Assembly: GCA_026936335.1 (NCBI GenBank)
Contig: JAPMXV010000058.1
Coordinates: 1 to 64,000 of the forward strand
Length of the DNA: 64,000 nt
From: Mantamonas sphyraenae STR306
Taxonomy: Eukaryota; Protista; CRuMs
Reading direction: 5' to 3'
The translations under genes were made by a program, and so were the position numbers. Below, piece after piece: positions 10,993-21,872 of this stretch. The first letter of the stretch is position 1. Each line of letters begins with the position of its first letter. The notes beneath the pieces are model-generated. The model worked only from the letters and a program-made list of their open reading frames with translations. It did not search any database and was not told the DNA's origin.

Positions 10993-12903
10993 TCACCGCA
11001 GCTCGTCAATGCGCATCATCTGGCTCACATTGCTCCCCAACATGCTCTCCTCCAACTCCAGCTGATCAACAAGCTCAAAAAGCCCCAACGGCGCCTGGTC
11101 CTTCCACAACTCCTTCAACGTCGTGTCGTCCTGCCCACCACCACCGCCCACCTCCGTCGATTGAACCTGACCCAGACCCTGACCCTGCACGTGAATCTGC
11201 CCTTGCGCCACTCCCCCGACCCCTGCAACTCCCCCCGCAACTCCCCCCGCCACTCCCCCCACTGGACGATACGCCATAAACTGCATCCCTCCCATCCCTT
11301 GTGCCCTACTCGTTGCCGCTGCCGCCGCCTCCGCCTCCAGCTGCGCCCGCCGCTCCTCCAATTGCTTTCTCAGCTCCTCCATCTCCTCCACTCTCCGCAT
11401 CTGCGCCTCCTGCTCCACCTGCTGCTTCTGCTGAGCCGCCAAGAACGCCAAGTACCTCGACTCGCTTGCAGATACCGCCAGCTTTTCCCTCTGCGCCACT
11501 GACTCTTCCAACTCCCTTTCCTTCCTTCGTGCCTCTTCCTCCGCTGCCAACCCCTCCCTCCTCTCCCGCACACGCTCTTCCTCCTCCCTCAACTGTGCCC
11601 GAATCTGTTCAAACTCTCTGCTCATTGCTTTGCGCACGTACTTGCCCACCACCCTCTCCTCCACATCCTCTTCTCTCTCCTCCTCCCGTTCCTCCTCCCG
11701 TTCCTCCTCCCCCTCCTTCTCCCCGTCCTCCTCCGCCTCTTCCCTCTCCACAACCACCCGTTCCCTCCTCTGCTTCAATGCCAACTCATACCACTCCTCC
11801 TCATCCTCATCCTCGCTCTCGGAATCGCTAAACAAATAGCTCTTCAACAGCGACCTCCTCGCAATCGACTCCATCTTCTTTTTCGAAAACGGCGACCCGT
11901 CATCCACCTTTCCCCGCCCACCCTCTCCCTTCTCCCGTCCCTTTGACCGTGCCCCTTGAATCTCCAAAAACCTCTCCAGCTGACCTTCGATCGTTTCCCG
12001 ATCCATCTCTGGCGACAACAAGATCGCCACCGCCCTCTCCTTTCTCTCTTTCCTCTCTTCCTTCACCTCCCTCACCTCCTTCTCCTCCCTCACCTCCTCC
12101 CCCTCCTCCCCCTCCCTCACCTCCTCCTCCCCCTCCCCCTCCTCCCCCTCCCCTTCCCTCCCCTCCTCCCTGTCCCCTCGCTCATTCCCTTCCTGCCCCC
12201 CTTTCCCCTTCTCCCCAAGATACTCCAACCTTCTCTTCTCCCTTCCCTCCACCTCATCCAACCGCCGCCACAGATTATCAATCTGCCGCTCCAAACTTTC
12301 AATCGTCATGTCCCGAATCTTCAAATCCTCCTGAAGCTGCTGCCGCTGTTCTCCCATCTCCGTCATCTTCTGCTTGTACAATCTCAACATACTCATCGCC
12401 TGCGCAAGCTTCTCCTTCTGTTCCACGTGTGCCCCTACCACCTGCCCGTTTTGCTCCCGCAGCGCGCCCATCCTCGCATGAAACGACTCTCGTTCCTCCA
12501 CAATCCTCTTTTGCAGCTTCTCCACCTCCCGCTGCCGTTCCAGCACCTCTTCCATCATATTCGCCACCTTTTCCTTGTCCTCTTTGCACAGGTCCTTCAG
12601 CCGTGCCCACCCTCTCCCGCTCTCTTCTCCTCCGCCCGTCCCGTCTGCCCCAACCCCTTCTCCGCCCCCACCTCGTCCTCCCTCTCCTCCTCTCCCTGCC
12701 CCCACCTCCCGACTTGCCACCCCACGTGCTCCCACAGCCCCTCCGACGACGACCCCTCCTCGCGGCGCGCTCACTACCGGAACACCTCCCTTCCCTTTCT
12801 TTCGACCCTTTACCCGTTTCACACTCCGCTTTGTACTCCGCTCACCCACCTCCACCTCGTCCACCACCCCAGAGTCAAACTTGCTCACAAACCCGCGTTC
12901 CAT
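10993..12903 (-). CDS. Coiled-coil protein with a hinderin/KIAA1328-like motif
   Basis: LKDLCKEDKEKVANMMEEV resembles the KIAA1328 signature (LKDLC.EDK..IANLI.EL), followed by E/R-rich coiled coil. Start at ATG 12903, or at 12948. Confidence 0.65.
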   Translation of the reverse strand: MERGFVSKFDSGVVDEVEVGERSTKRSVKRVKGRKKGKGGVPVVSAPRGGVVVGGAVGARGVASREVGAGRGGEGGRGGGGEGVGADGTGGGEESGRGWARLKDLCKEDKEKVANMMEEVLERQREVEKLQKRIVEERESFHARMGALREQNGQVVGAHVEQKEKLAQAMSMLRLYKQKMTEMGEQRQQLQEDLKIRDMTIESLERQIDNLWRRLDEVEGREKRRLEYLGEKGKGGQEGNERGDREEGREGEGEEGEGEEEVREGEEGEEVREEKEVREVKEERKERKERAVAILLSPEMDRETIEGQLERFLEIQGARSKGREKGEGGRGKVDDGSPFSKKKMESIARRSLLKSYLFSDSESEDEDEEEWYELALKQRRERVVVEREEAEEDGEKEGEEEREEEREEEREEDVEERVVGKYVRKAMSREFEQIRAQLREEEERVRERREGLAAEEEARRKERELEESVAQREKLAVSASESRYLAFLAAQQKQQVEQEAQMRRVEEMEELRKQLEERRAQLEAEAAAAATSRAQGMGGMQFMAYRPVGGVAGGVAGGVAGVGGVAQGQIHVQGQGLGQVQSTEVGGGGGQDDTTLKELWKDQAPLGLFELVDQLELEESMLGSNVSQMMRIDELR

Positions 12904-12946
12904 CTGAAACCAAAACGTTGCCCCGCCCAACGAAACAACCACCCCC

Positions 12947-15900
12947 ATGCAGGCTGGCCTCTCCATCGACGACCTCTGCCAGGGCAACAACGAGTGGCGC
13001 AACATCCAGGACGTTGTCCGTGCCACCTTCAAGGTTCTCTATGACCAGATCCAGGCTCAGAGCGAGGCCATTGCCTTCCTCGAAAAGGAGCTCGCCTCAA
13101 AGTGCTCCACCAAACAGCTCAATGCCCTCATGGCCCAAAAGCCAGACGCTGAATCCATCAACTACCGCCTCCAAGACCTCGAATCCCAGCTCGATGCAAA
13201 GGCTGATGCCCACGAAGTCCACCAGGAGCTCTCCAAAAAGGCTTCCAAGCAAGAGGTCCGTTGTCACAAAAAGACATTGTCCCTCACCTCCCGCACCCAC
13301 CAACCCCGCCCCGTTGCCCCAACACCCCCCCTCGCCGCGCCGCCGCTTCCCTGTTATGATTCCTCTTCCCTGCAAACACTCACACTTTGCCCTCCTTCAC
13401 ACCCTTCCCATTCCCCTCCCACCTGCCAATTCCTCCCTTTCCCGCTCCCGCTCAAACGGTCAACTCCAGATCTCCCGCGCACTCAACGACAAGGCCAACG
13501 CCGAAGAAATGCGAGCCAAACTCGCTTCCAAAGCCGAAGCCGACGAGGTCTGGGCCGCCCTCGATGCAAAAGCTGGCGCTGAAGAGGTCTTTGCCAAGCT
13601 CCGCCTCAAGGCTGACGCAATCGACGTCGCCTCTCTCCTCGACAAAAAGGCAAACAAGAGCGACCTCCAGCGATCCCTCGAGGTCATTCCCAATGTTGCA
13701 GAGATCCAGCGCGTTGTCGACATGAAAGCAAACACCGCAGACGTCAACAAGGTCCTCGAAGAGATCTCCGTCAACATGGAGCAGATCAAAGAAACCGTCA
13801 ACGACAAGGCAAACTACGTCGACGTCGAACGCGAACTCCAGAAAAAGGCCGACCGCCTCGAAATCCTCCGTCTCCTCGACGAAAAGGCAAACACCGTCGA
13901 CGTCAACGAAGTTCTCACCCAAAAGGCAAACAAGCAAAACATCGTCGCCGCCCTCCACCGCAAGGCAAACAAACAGGACCTCGACGACCTCCTCGAACAA
14001 AAAGCTGGCGTCACCGAAGTCCAACAAGCACTCACCACAAAGGTCGACAACGACCAGCTCGCCCTTGCTCTCCAGAACAAGGCAAACGTCAACGACACCA
14101 TCGAGCTTGTCGACTCTCGCTGCCGCGAACTTGCCAACCAGCTCCTCAAGGAGCTCTACCAGCGCACTGCAAACTACACTGCTTCCGCTTCCTCCTCCGA
14201 CGACCACTCACGCATCAACTCCTCCGACCTCATGGCCTCCGCCTCAAACTCCACACTCCATCGCCAACACGCCTCCTCTTCCACTTCCACCGCAGACCTC
14301 GATCTCCGCATCGAACGCCACGTCACAAAACTCGACAACAAGCTCCGCGACGACATTGCACAGCTTCGCATGCAGATGGTCACAAAGGTCGAGGTCGCTG
14401 ACATCGGCGCCATCGTCGAAAAGAGCCAGGCTGTCAGCGACAACAAGAACCAGCAGCAGCTTGACAAAATCCACGCTGCCATGCTCAACAACCTCCGTGA
14501 CAACGCAGATCAGCTTCGCTCCCTCATGTACGACAAACTCGACGGCAAGGTCGACAAGGCCCACCTTGCAGACATCCTCAAGAAGGTCATCGACCGTGCC
14601 GATCTCCAGAACGCCCTCAACGCCCTCTCCGACGACGTCGATGCCTCCCTCAACACAGAGCGCCAGCGCATCGCCGTCCTCGAAGCAAACTCTGCCCCGC
14701 GCGCAGAGGTCAAGGAACGCCTCGCCGAGCTTCAGGCAAAGACCGAAGCCGATCGCAACGCCGCCATTGCACAAACCCTCGACACCGTGGATGCACGCAC
14801 TGCCGCACGCCTCGAGGACTACGTGCGCCGCGAGGAGTACCTCCACAACGTCAACCTGTGGAACGACAAGCACGACAGCGAGCGCAAAACACGCACCACA
14901 GAGCTCGAAAAGCTCCAGCACCAATGGGCAAACGCACTCACCGAAGCCATCGCAAAGACCGTTTCCGACATCGACCACAGCCACTGGAAGGGCGAAATGA
15001 CAAACGCCCTCGCCTCCCTTCGCACCTCCCTCGACGACCTCGTCCGCAACTCCTCCCACGACAACAAAGACATCCACGCTCGCATGGATGACCTCGCCAA
15101 GCTCATCGACACACACGCCGCCTCTGCACGCGACACAGACGCAAAGCTCTCTGTCGCCTCAAACACTCTCAAGCAGCTTGCCGCAGACCTCGACAACGCC
15201 GCCCGCACAAACACCCAACAGCTTCACAGCGTCCAGCACGACGTCGAAAAGAAGCTCGACCAGGCTGTCAAAGAAATGGTCAACTCCCATCAGCTCGACC
15301 TCCGCATCGACCAGCTCAATCGCGAGTGGTTCAAGGAGCTCAAGGGCCTCGTATCCGTCGACGAGTTCAAGAAGGAGATGTACAACAAAGCCGACGGCGA
15401 CCGCGTCCTCACCCTCATCGACGACCTCAGCGACCGCGTTGCAAAGCTCGCCATGGATGGCTCTATCGGCCCGGCCTCCTCCCGCAACGCCCGTCTCCCC
15501 GACGACCTCTCCGACAAGCTTGCTCTCGTCGACACCCTCTCTGCCTCCCTCAGCGACCTCCAGCAGCACATCGAAGACAAGGCAAATATCCGCGACGTCT
15601 GCGCACTCGTCGACACAAAGGCAAACATCGAGGATGTCAACTTTGCCCTCACCGAAATGACCAAGGAGCTCGACGCAAAGGTTCCCCTCGACGTCATGAC
15701 CTTTACAACAAACGAACAGGCCAAGCTCAACCAGCTCCTTTTCAATGAGGCCATCGTCGGCCGCTGGATTTGGAACAGCGGCCGACTCCGCTCCGGTCAC
15801 GGTGTACCCTGGAACGACCAGGTCGTCAACACCATGCCTGAGCAGCTCATTTGGGAAAAGGACCGCATCTACGTCCTCGTTCGCGAGGCCGGCGTGTACG

Positions 15901-16220
15901 AGATCAAGATGGGTGTCTTTGCTCCCTCCGAGCCCTCCATCCAGCTCCTCATCAATGGCGAGCTCGCACTCACCCCGCAGAGCACTGCCTGCTACAAGTA
16001 CCTTGTCGAGAGGTCCAAGTCAAAGTCCTCCAAGGGCAAGAACGCTCGAGGCGACAAGGATTCGGACGCCTCCTCCGACAAGCAGGTGTACCACGACGAC
16101 TCCTATGCAGGTATCACACACACTGACTTTATCAAACTTCCCGACGATGCACGCATCGCCATCTCCTGCAGCTTTGTCAACGACGGCTATGGTTTCCTCT
16201 CCCTGCGCAAGCTCGCATGA
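12947..16220 (+). CDS. Coiled-coil protein with KA[ND] repeats and a C-terminal C1q/TNF-like beta domain; exons 12947-13255 and 13470-16220 (~1019 aa)
   Basis: WRNIQDVVRATFK N-terminus, many L..KA[ND]..[DE]V units, and a C-terminal GRWIW..VPW..NT..GVYEI segment. Intron 13256-13469 is in phase 0. Confidence 0.7.
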
Positions 16221-16265
16221 CCACAATGAACCTTCCATTCCCCTACTGCAGAACCCCACCCCCTC

Positions 16266-19200
16266 TCACCTGCCTCCTTGAACAACCCGGGTCGTTCCCC
16301 ACTGCCCACGTCGCAGCGTCGTTGTCGTCGCGCTTGTTCGCTTCTTGCTCGTGCTCACATCCACCGAATCCTCCTCCTCGTCGTCCAGTTCCCCCTCCTC
16401 AAGCGACGACAGACTGTCTCCATCGTCGTCTCCATCACCATCCTCGTCGTCATCATCATCATCATCATCATCATCTTCACGGTCTTCGAATCGCGACCCC
16501 AGCAGGCTCTGCTGCTGCAGGTTGGTTGATCCAAAACTCGACAGCGTGTCCATCGACAGCGACGACTCGGAAAACACCGAGCCGCGCCCGCGTCCACGCC
16601 CGCCACCCACACCTCCCCCACCTCGGCCGCTGTACCTGCCCATACCACCGCCCGATGCAGAAGATGACGATGACGACGTCGTCGATTCGTCTTCTCGCTC
16701 TCGCCTGCTCCCTCCTGCACCTCCGCTGCTGCTCTCGCGCCCGCTGTTGGCTATCGCACGAGCCTGCTCTTGCGCTTCACGCAGCTGCTTCGACATCGGG
16801 TCCTCCTTCTGCGCTTCCAAAAAGTCCTGTGCCTCTTGAAGCTCCCGCGCAGCCTGGGCCACCGTCATCGAGTTGGCAGACACGGCCTGGTCCACACGTT
16901 GCTGTGTTTCGCTCAACGCCTGCCCAAGCTGACGTTGCAGATTCGCAATCAATTCCGTGTTGCTCTTTTGCATCTGTTCTACCATCGTCAGTGTCTCTTG
17001 CCGCACCTGCTTGATCTCCTGTGCGTACGCCTGTGTCGCCCCACGCTCAGCCTGTGCAACCCCACTATGCAGCAGCTCCTGCCGCAGCGACTCAAACTTC
17101 TCTCGTTCCATCGCAAGCGTCTCTTGGATCGCGCTCCGGATCTGCTCCTGCAGCGCACCTGCTCGCTTCTCTGCACGCACGTCCTCCTCCTTGGCTGCCC
17201 GCTTGTTCTCCTCCACCAGCGCACGCAAGCGCTGCAGCTCCTCCTCCTTCCTCGTTCCAGACATCGAGTCTCCGTCGCTGTCCTCCTCCTCCAGCCGTGC
17301 CAGCGAGTCCATCACCGGCGACTGCGGCTCCACGGACAGACGACGCCCAAACGCACCCTTGTTCCCACCAGACGACAGCCTGCGCATCCTTGCCCCGCCG
17401 CCTCGCTTTGCATTCACCCGCCCGGCTGCGTTCTCCTGTCCGCCGTCCTCCTCCGCTTCCTCCTCCTCCACAGCCTTTTCACGCCTTGCTTCCTCCTTGG
17501 CCACCTCTCGCTTCACCTCCTGACCAAAGTGTGCCTGCAGCTCGCTTTCGCGCGCCTGTCTCAGCGCCGCAATCTCCAGCAGTGTTTCCTCGCGCGCCCT
17601 GTTCAGCTCCAGGTACTGTGACTGCAGTTTGTGATACTCCACCTCGTCCTCCTTGTTCACCCGCTTCTGCATCTCAAAGTCCCTTTGCTGACGCAGATTT
17701 TCCCGCAGTTGCCGATCCAGGTCGTCCCACACATTCGTGATCCGGTCCACGTGCAGCTGCTGCTGCGTCTTTCGAGCCTCAATGTCCTCCAGCACCTCCT
17801 GCAGGCCCGTTTCGTGCGATCGCATCATCTGCATCTCCTTCATGCGCGTATTCAGCTGCATCTCGATGCGCATCAACGCCTCCTCCTCGCGCCGCATGTG
17901 CAGCTCAAACGCCTCCATCTCGGCACGGTTTGCTATCTCGTCCTGCACACGGGCCGCCTCGGCTTCCCGCAGCTTCTTGTGCTGGTCCAGAAACTTGTGC
18001 GTCGACTCCTGCAGACGCTGCAGCTGATGCAGCCGCTGAGCCCGTTCCACGCTCTCCACCTTTTCCCGCTCCATCAGCCGGTTCATGTGCATCTGCTTTT
18101 CCGTTTCATGCCGCTTGTGCTCGAATTGGAGCAGTTGCGCTTGTTGCTGCTGCCACACCTGCTCTTCCCGCTCCAGGCGCTCGGTTTGAGCCTGCAGCAT
18201 GTCCGCCGCTTTCTTCTTCTCCAGCAGCTGCTGCTCTTCCTTGAAGATGCGCTCGTGCTGCTTGATTTGGTAGTCCACCACGTAGCTGGGGTATGCGTTG
18301 AACACCTGGTATCGCCCGTTGTTCAGCGGCACAAAGTCGTGCACCTCGCTTTCGGGAATCGCCTCCTCTCCCGCCACTGCCATCATCTTCTTGGCCAGGT
18401 ACACCACGCGCTTCACATCCACCGCGTTGATCTGATGGAAGAATAGCACAAAGTCGTCCATCTTGGTCATGGACATCAACGCCCGCCGCATTGTCCGCAG
18501 GTACGCCACAACCACAAACAGCAACATGCGCGGGTGGTTGCTGAACAGATGGTCCCACAGCACGCACCAGTCGTCCCGTGCAAGCACCTCGCTAAACAGG
18601 TTGTTCAACAGGCTCCACGCGTACACCTCGGCAGGCACCTTGCACCGCATCAAGTGCTGCATCAGGAACGGATCCGCCCATCCCAGCAGCGCTTCCACAA
18701 TGTTCAGCAGACCAAACGGCGGCTGTGGGAAAAACTCAAACCACTGCTGACACCAGTTCATCAGGATGCTTGCCACAATCTCAAAGCACCACTGTTGGTG
18801 GTTCTCAAACAGCTTCAAAAACGGGAAAATCAACCCGGGCACGTAGTCCAACTCGCCAAACAGCGGCGACCAGTGGGCCAGACACGACAGAAGCGACTCC
18901 ATCTTCTTCACCAACTTTGTGTTTCGGATGGGGAACCGCTCGCTCAGGTCTTCAAACGCAAAGTGCCGTCCTCGACGCAGCAGCGCTTCGTAGTGTTCGT
19001 CGTTCTCGGGCGTTTGCAACAAGAACCGCCACACCAGGTGCCTGTACTTGGCCGGGTACTCGCCGTACTGCTCCAGAATGCTCTGCAGTCGCTCACGGTT
19101 GATGCCCTTGGTCGCCTTGTCCATGGGTGCAATCTTGTACAGCGGGATGTTCCCTTCGCCCGTGATCTCATTGATCTGCTCCTGTTGTTCAAAGTGGTCG

Positions 19201-21163
19201 CGCACCACGCTCCCAGCGCTGCTTTCTTTGCCGCCCCCGCCGCCTCCGCCGCTCTTTTTGCTCGACGTGCTCAGCCGCTTGTTGACCCCCGACTCGGAAG
19301 ACTTGCCCAATCGTCGCGTCGTCGTGCTCGTCGCCTCCGACCGCGATGCTGCACTGGATCCACCGCCACTCTTTTTCAGCACACTCTTGACTGTGGATCC
19401 GCCTTTCTTTGTGCGTGTCGTGCGCGTCGTCATCACGCTCTGGGCGTCGCTGTCGATCTTCTTGCGTCCTTCGCTCACACGGCTTGCCAACAGTCTGCTG
19501 CTCGTGCCACTCTTGCGCGAGGTCGCCTTGGACACCACGCTTGTGCCACTGCGCTTGTGGCCCTTCTTCACCGTCTTCTTCTTGCCCTTTCGACTCTTTG
19601 TCGACACGACAGACTGTGCGTCTGCCAGCGACCGCCGTGGCGTCTTGTGTGCAGCAGCCTGCTTCTCCAGCTCCGCCAACTCCTCTCGCTCGGCTTGCAG
19701 CGCCAGCTCATACTGTGACTCATACACGTTGGTCAACGGCACGTGCACAGTTTTTTCCGAAATGCCTGCTGCCAGCTTCGCTCGCGCAACGTTGTCCTGC
19801 TGCTGCCGCAGAGCATCCACTGCATGCAATGTCACACGTCCGTCATTCAGGACACACAGCAGGTACTGGTCAAACGGATCCATGCCAAACGACAGCACCG
19901 ACGCGTCGTCCACCTCCACCGTGTACCGCACCGTGCCCGACGCAATGTCCACAAACAAACACACGCCGGCGTTGGTCAGCAGCAGCACTTCGGTGCTTCC
20001 CTGTGTCAGAAAGTGTGCCTTGGACACCGTGCGCGTGGGCATGGGCAGCGCCAGGATTTTCATCAGGTGGTTGTCCTCTTCGTACTCCTCCGACAGCAGA
20101 TCCCACACAAACACGTGGTTCGTCATGCCCACAGCCACCAAGTACTGCCCGTCTTGTGACACCGTAAAGTCTGTAAAGTTCACTGCGCCCACGCTCTCGG
20201 GCACCGAGAGCTGCGCACGCGACGAAAAGTCCTCGGCGTTCCACACCAGAATCGTATCGTTCTTCAGTGACGTCACCACATACCGTCCCTGTGCAGCAAA
20301 CGCAGCCTGTGAGATCACACGAGCATGTGTGTGTGTGGTATGCGTATGCGTATGCGTATGCATGTGCGTGTGTGTGTGCACCGTATGCCACCCGTTTGTG
20401 TCAGCGCGCTTGTGAAACATCGTCAACGGCTCGCCCGCGTTTTCCAAGCTCTCGCCCCGCCTTGCAACCGTACCTGCGTGATACCGATGGCAGACGCCGC
20501 TCCCCCAAGGGTCTTTTTCTTGCTCCACGTGTGTGTGTCCCACAGAAACGCCACGTCCGGCGATGAGCTCATGCACAGCGACCCGTTCCCGTTGAAGGTC
20601 AGCGTGTCAACCGGTTTCTGGTGGCCTGCCAGCTGTGTTGCAGAGTCACTATCTCCTTGCAAACACAGGATGCGGTTGTCCGACGTGGCCACCATCAGGT
20701 CCATTGCCGAAAACGGCGAAAATGCTGCTGCTGTGCCCTCGGCATCCAAGAAAGCACGATGCGAATAGCTGCAGCGCCCATACGCCCCCACACACGCACA
20801 CACAGATGTCCAGCCGACGCCCACGTGTGTCAGTCTCACTTCCATACATTTCCAACACCCTGTGCTTGCCTCAACCCTCCACCCATCCCCTTGCCAAAGA
20901 ACCTACCGCTTCTTCTGAAGTTCAAAGATGTACAGGTTGCCCTGCTCGTCCAGCGTACAGAACGTGTCTCCGGCCGCGTTGAAGGCCACGCTGGTAAACA
21001 AAAAGGAGGTGTTGCCAGATGACGATGACGACGCTTCCATCTCCCCGTCCTCGCCCAGCGGCGACGTCAGGTTGGTGATGGACGCCAGGCAGCCGTTGTT
21101 CTCCGGTTGCGGCGTCGATGACCACAAGGTCCCGTTGGCCGACGTCAGTGTCAACTCTTCCAT
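16266..21163 (-). CDS. TBC1D31: TBC1 domain family member 31 (WD40 + Rab-GAP TBC + coiled coil); exons 21163-20907, 20768-20474, 20306-16266
   Basis: N-terminal WD40 repeats, YGEYPAKYRHLVWRFLLQTPEN and LAHWSPLF TBC motifs, long C-terminal coiled coil. Both introns are frame-consistent. Confidence 0.88.
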
Positions 21164-21411
21164 CGCTGCAGTCTCTCAATCGGATGACCCTAAATGCCCT
21201 TTCGTTTTACAGGGGTTTTCAATTGGGTGCGTGCGGAAGTTAGGCGCCTCACTCGGAGCATGAAAGCAAGCACCATTGCCATAATCTCTTGTCACACATC
21301 CTTTGACGTTGATACAACGCATCCTTCGTGTTTCCTGCCTCTCGGTTCATGGCAAACTGATGCAACGCTTGAGCACACCAATCACCTTGTTCCAAGGCGA
21401 CACGAGAGCCA

Positions 21412-21839
21412 ATGAAAGTGCCCATGAAGAACCACTTCCACATCATTCTCATTGTGATCTGGTTTCTCATTGTCCTGCGCCCTCGCTTAAACTCTGAAGG
21501 CAACAGGGAGCAGTCGGAATCGCTACCTGCGCAATTTCAAAATGGTCATGCGCCCCAAAGGTGCGTACGGTCCAACCGTCGCCAGCGAAGGGATGAAGCA
21601 CGCTATGCCAGGCAGGTGAAGAAAGAGAAGTCCAAACGGCGCCGTAGCAGCAGCGCAAGCGCCGACGACGCGTGGAAGCGTGCGCGGGCGGAATCCGAAA
21701 CGGTCTTCAACGTCTCCTCCGCCCGTTCTTCGCCCACGTGCGACGAGATACAACTCGAGACGCAGAGTGCGTCTTCCTCGTCGTCTGCATCCTCCACCTC
21801 AAGCAGCAACATGTCCGTGGAGATAAAGCAGACCTCGAC

Positions 21840-21872
<33 letters not shown>

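Noticed and set aside
20327-20378. (GT)n and (GCGTAT)n microsatellites, and similar CA/GT tracts elsewhere
   Set aside because: Ordinary intronic simple repeats near acceptor sites.
21187-21193. ACCCTAA upstream of the Fanzor as a telomere-targeting signal
   Set aside because: A single 7-mer is compatible with chance or with a generic telo-box promoter motif.
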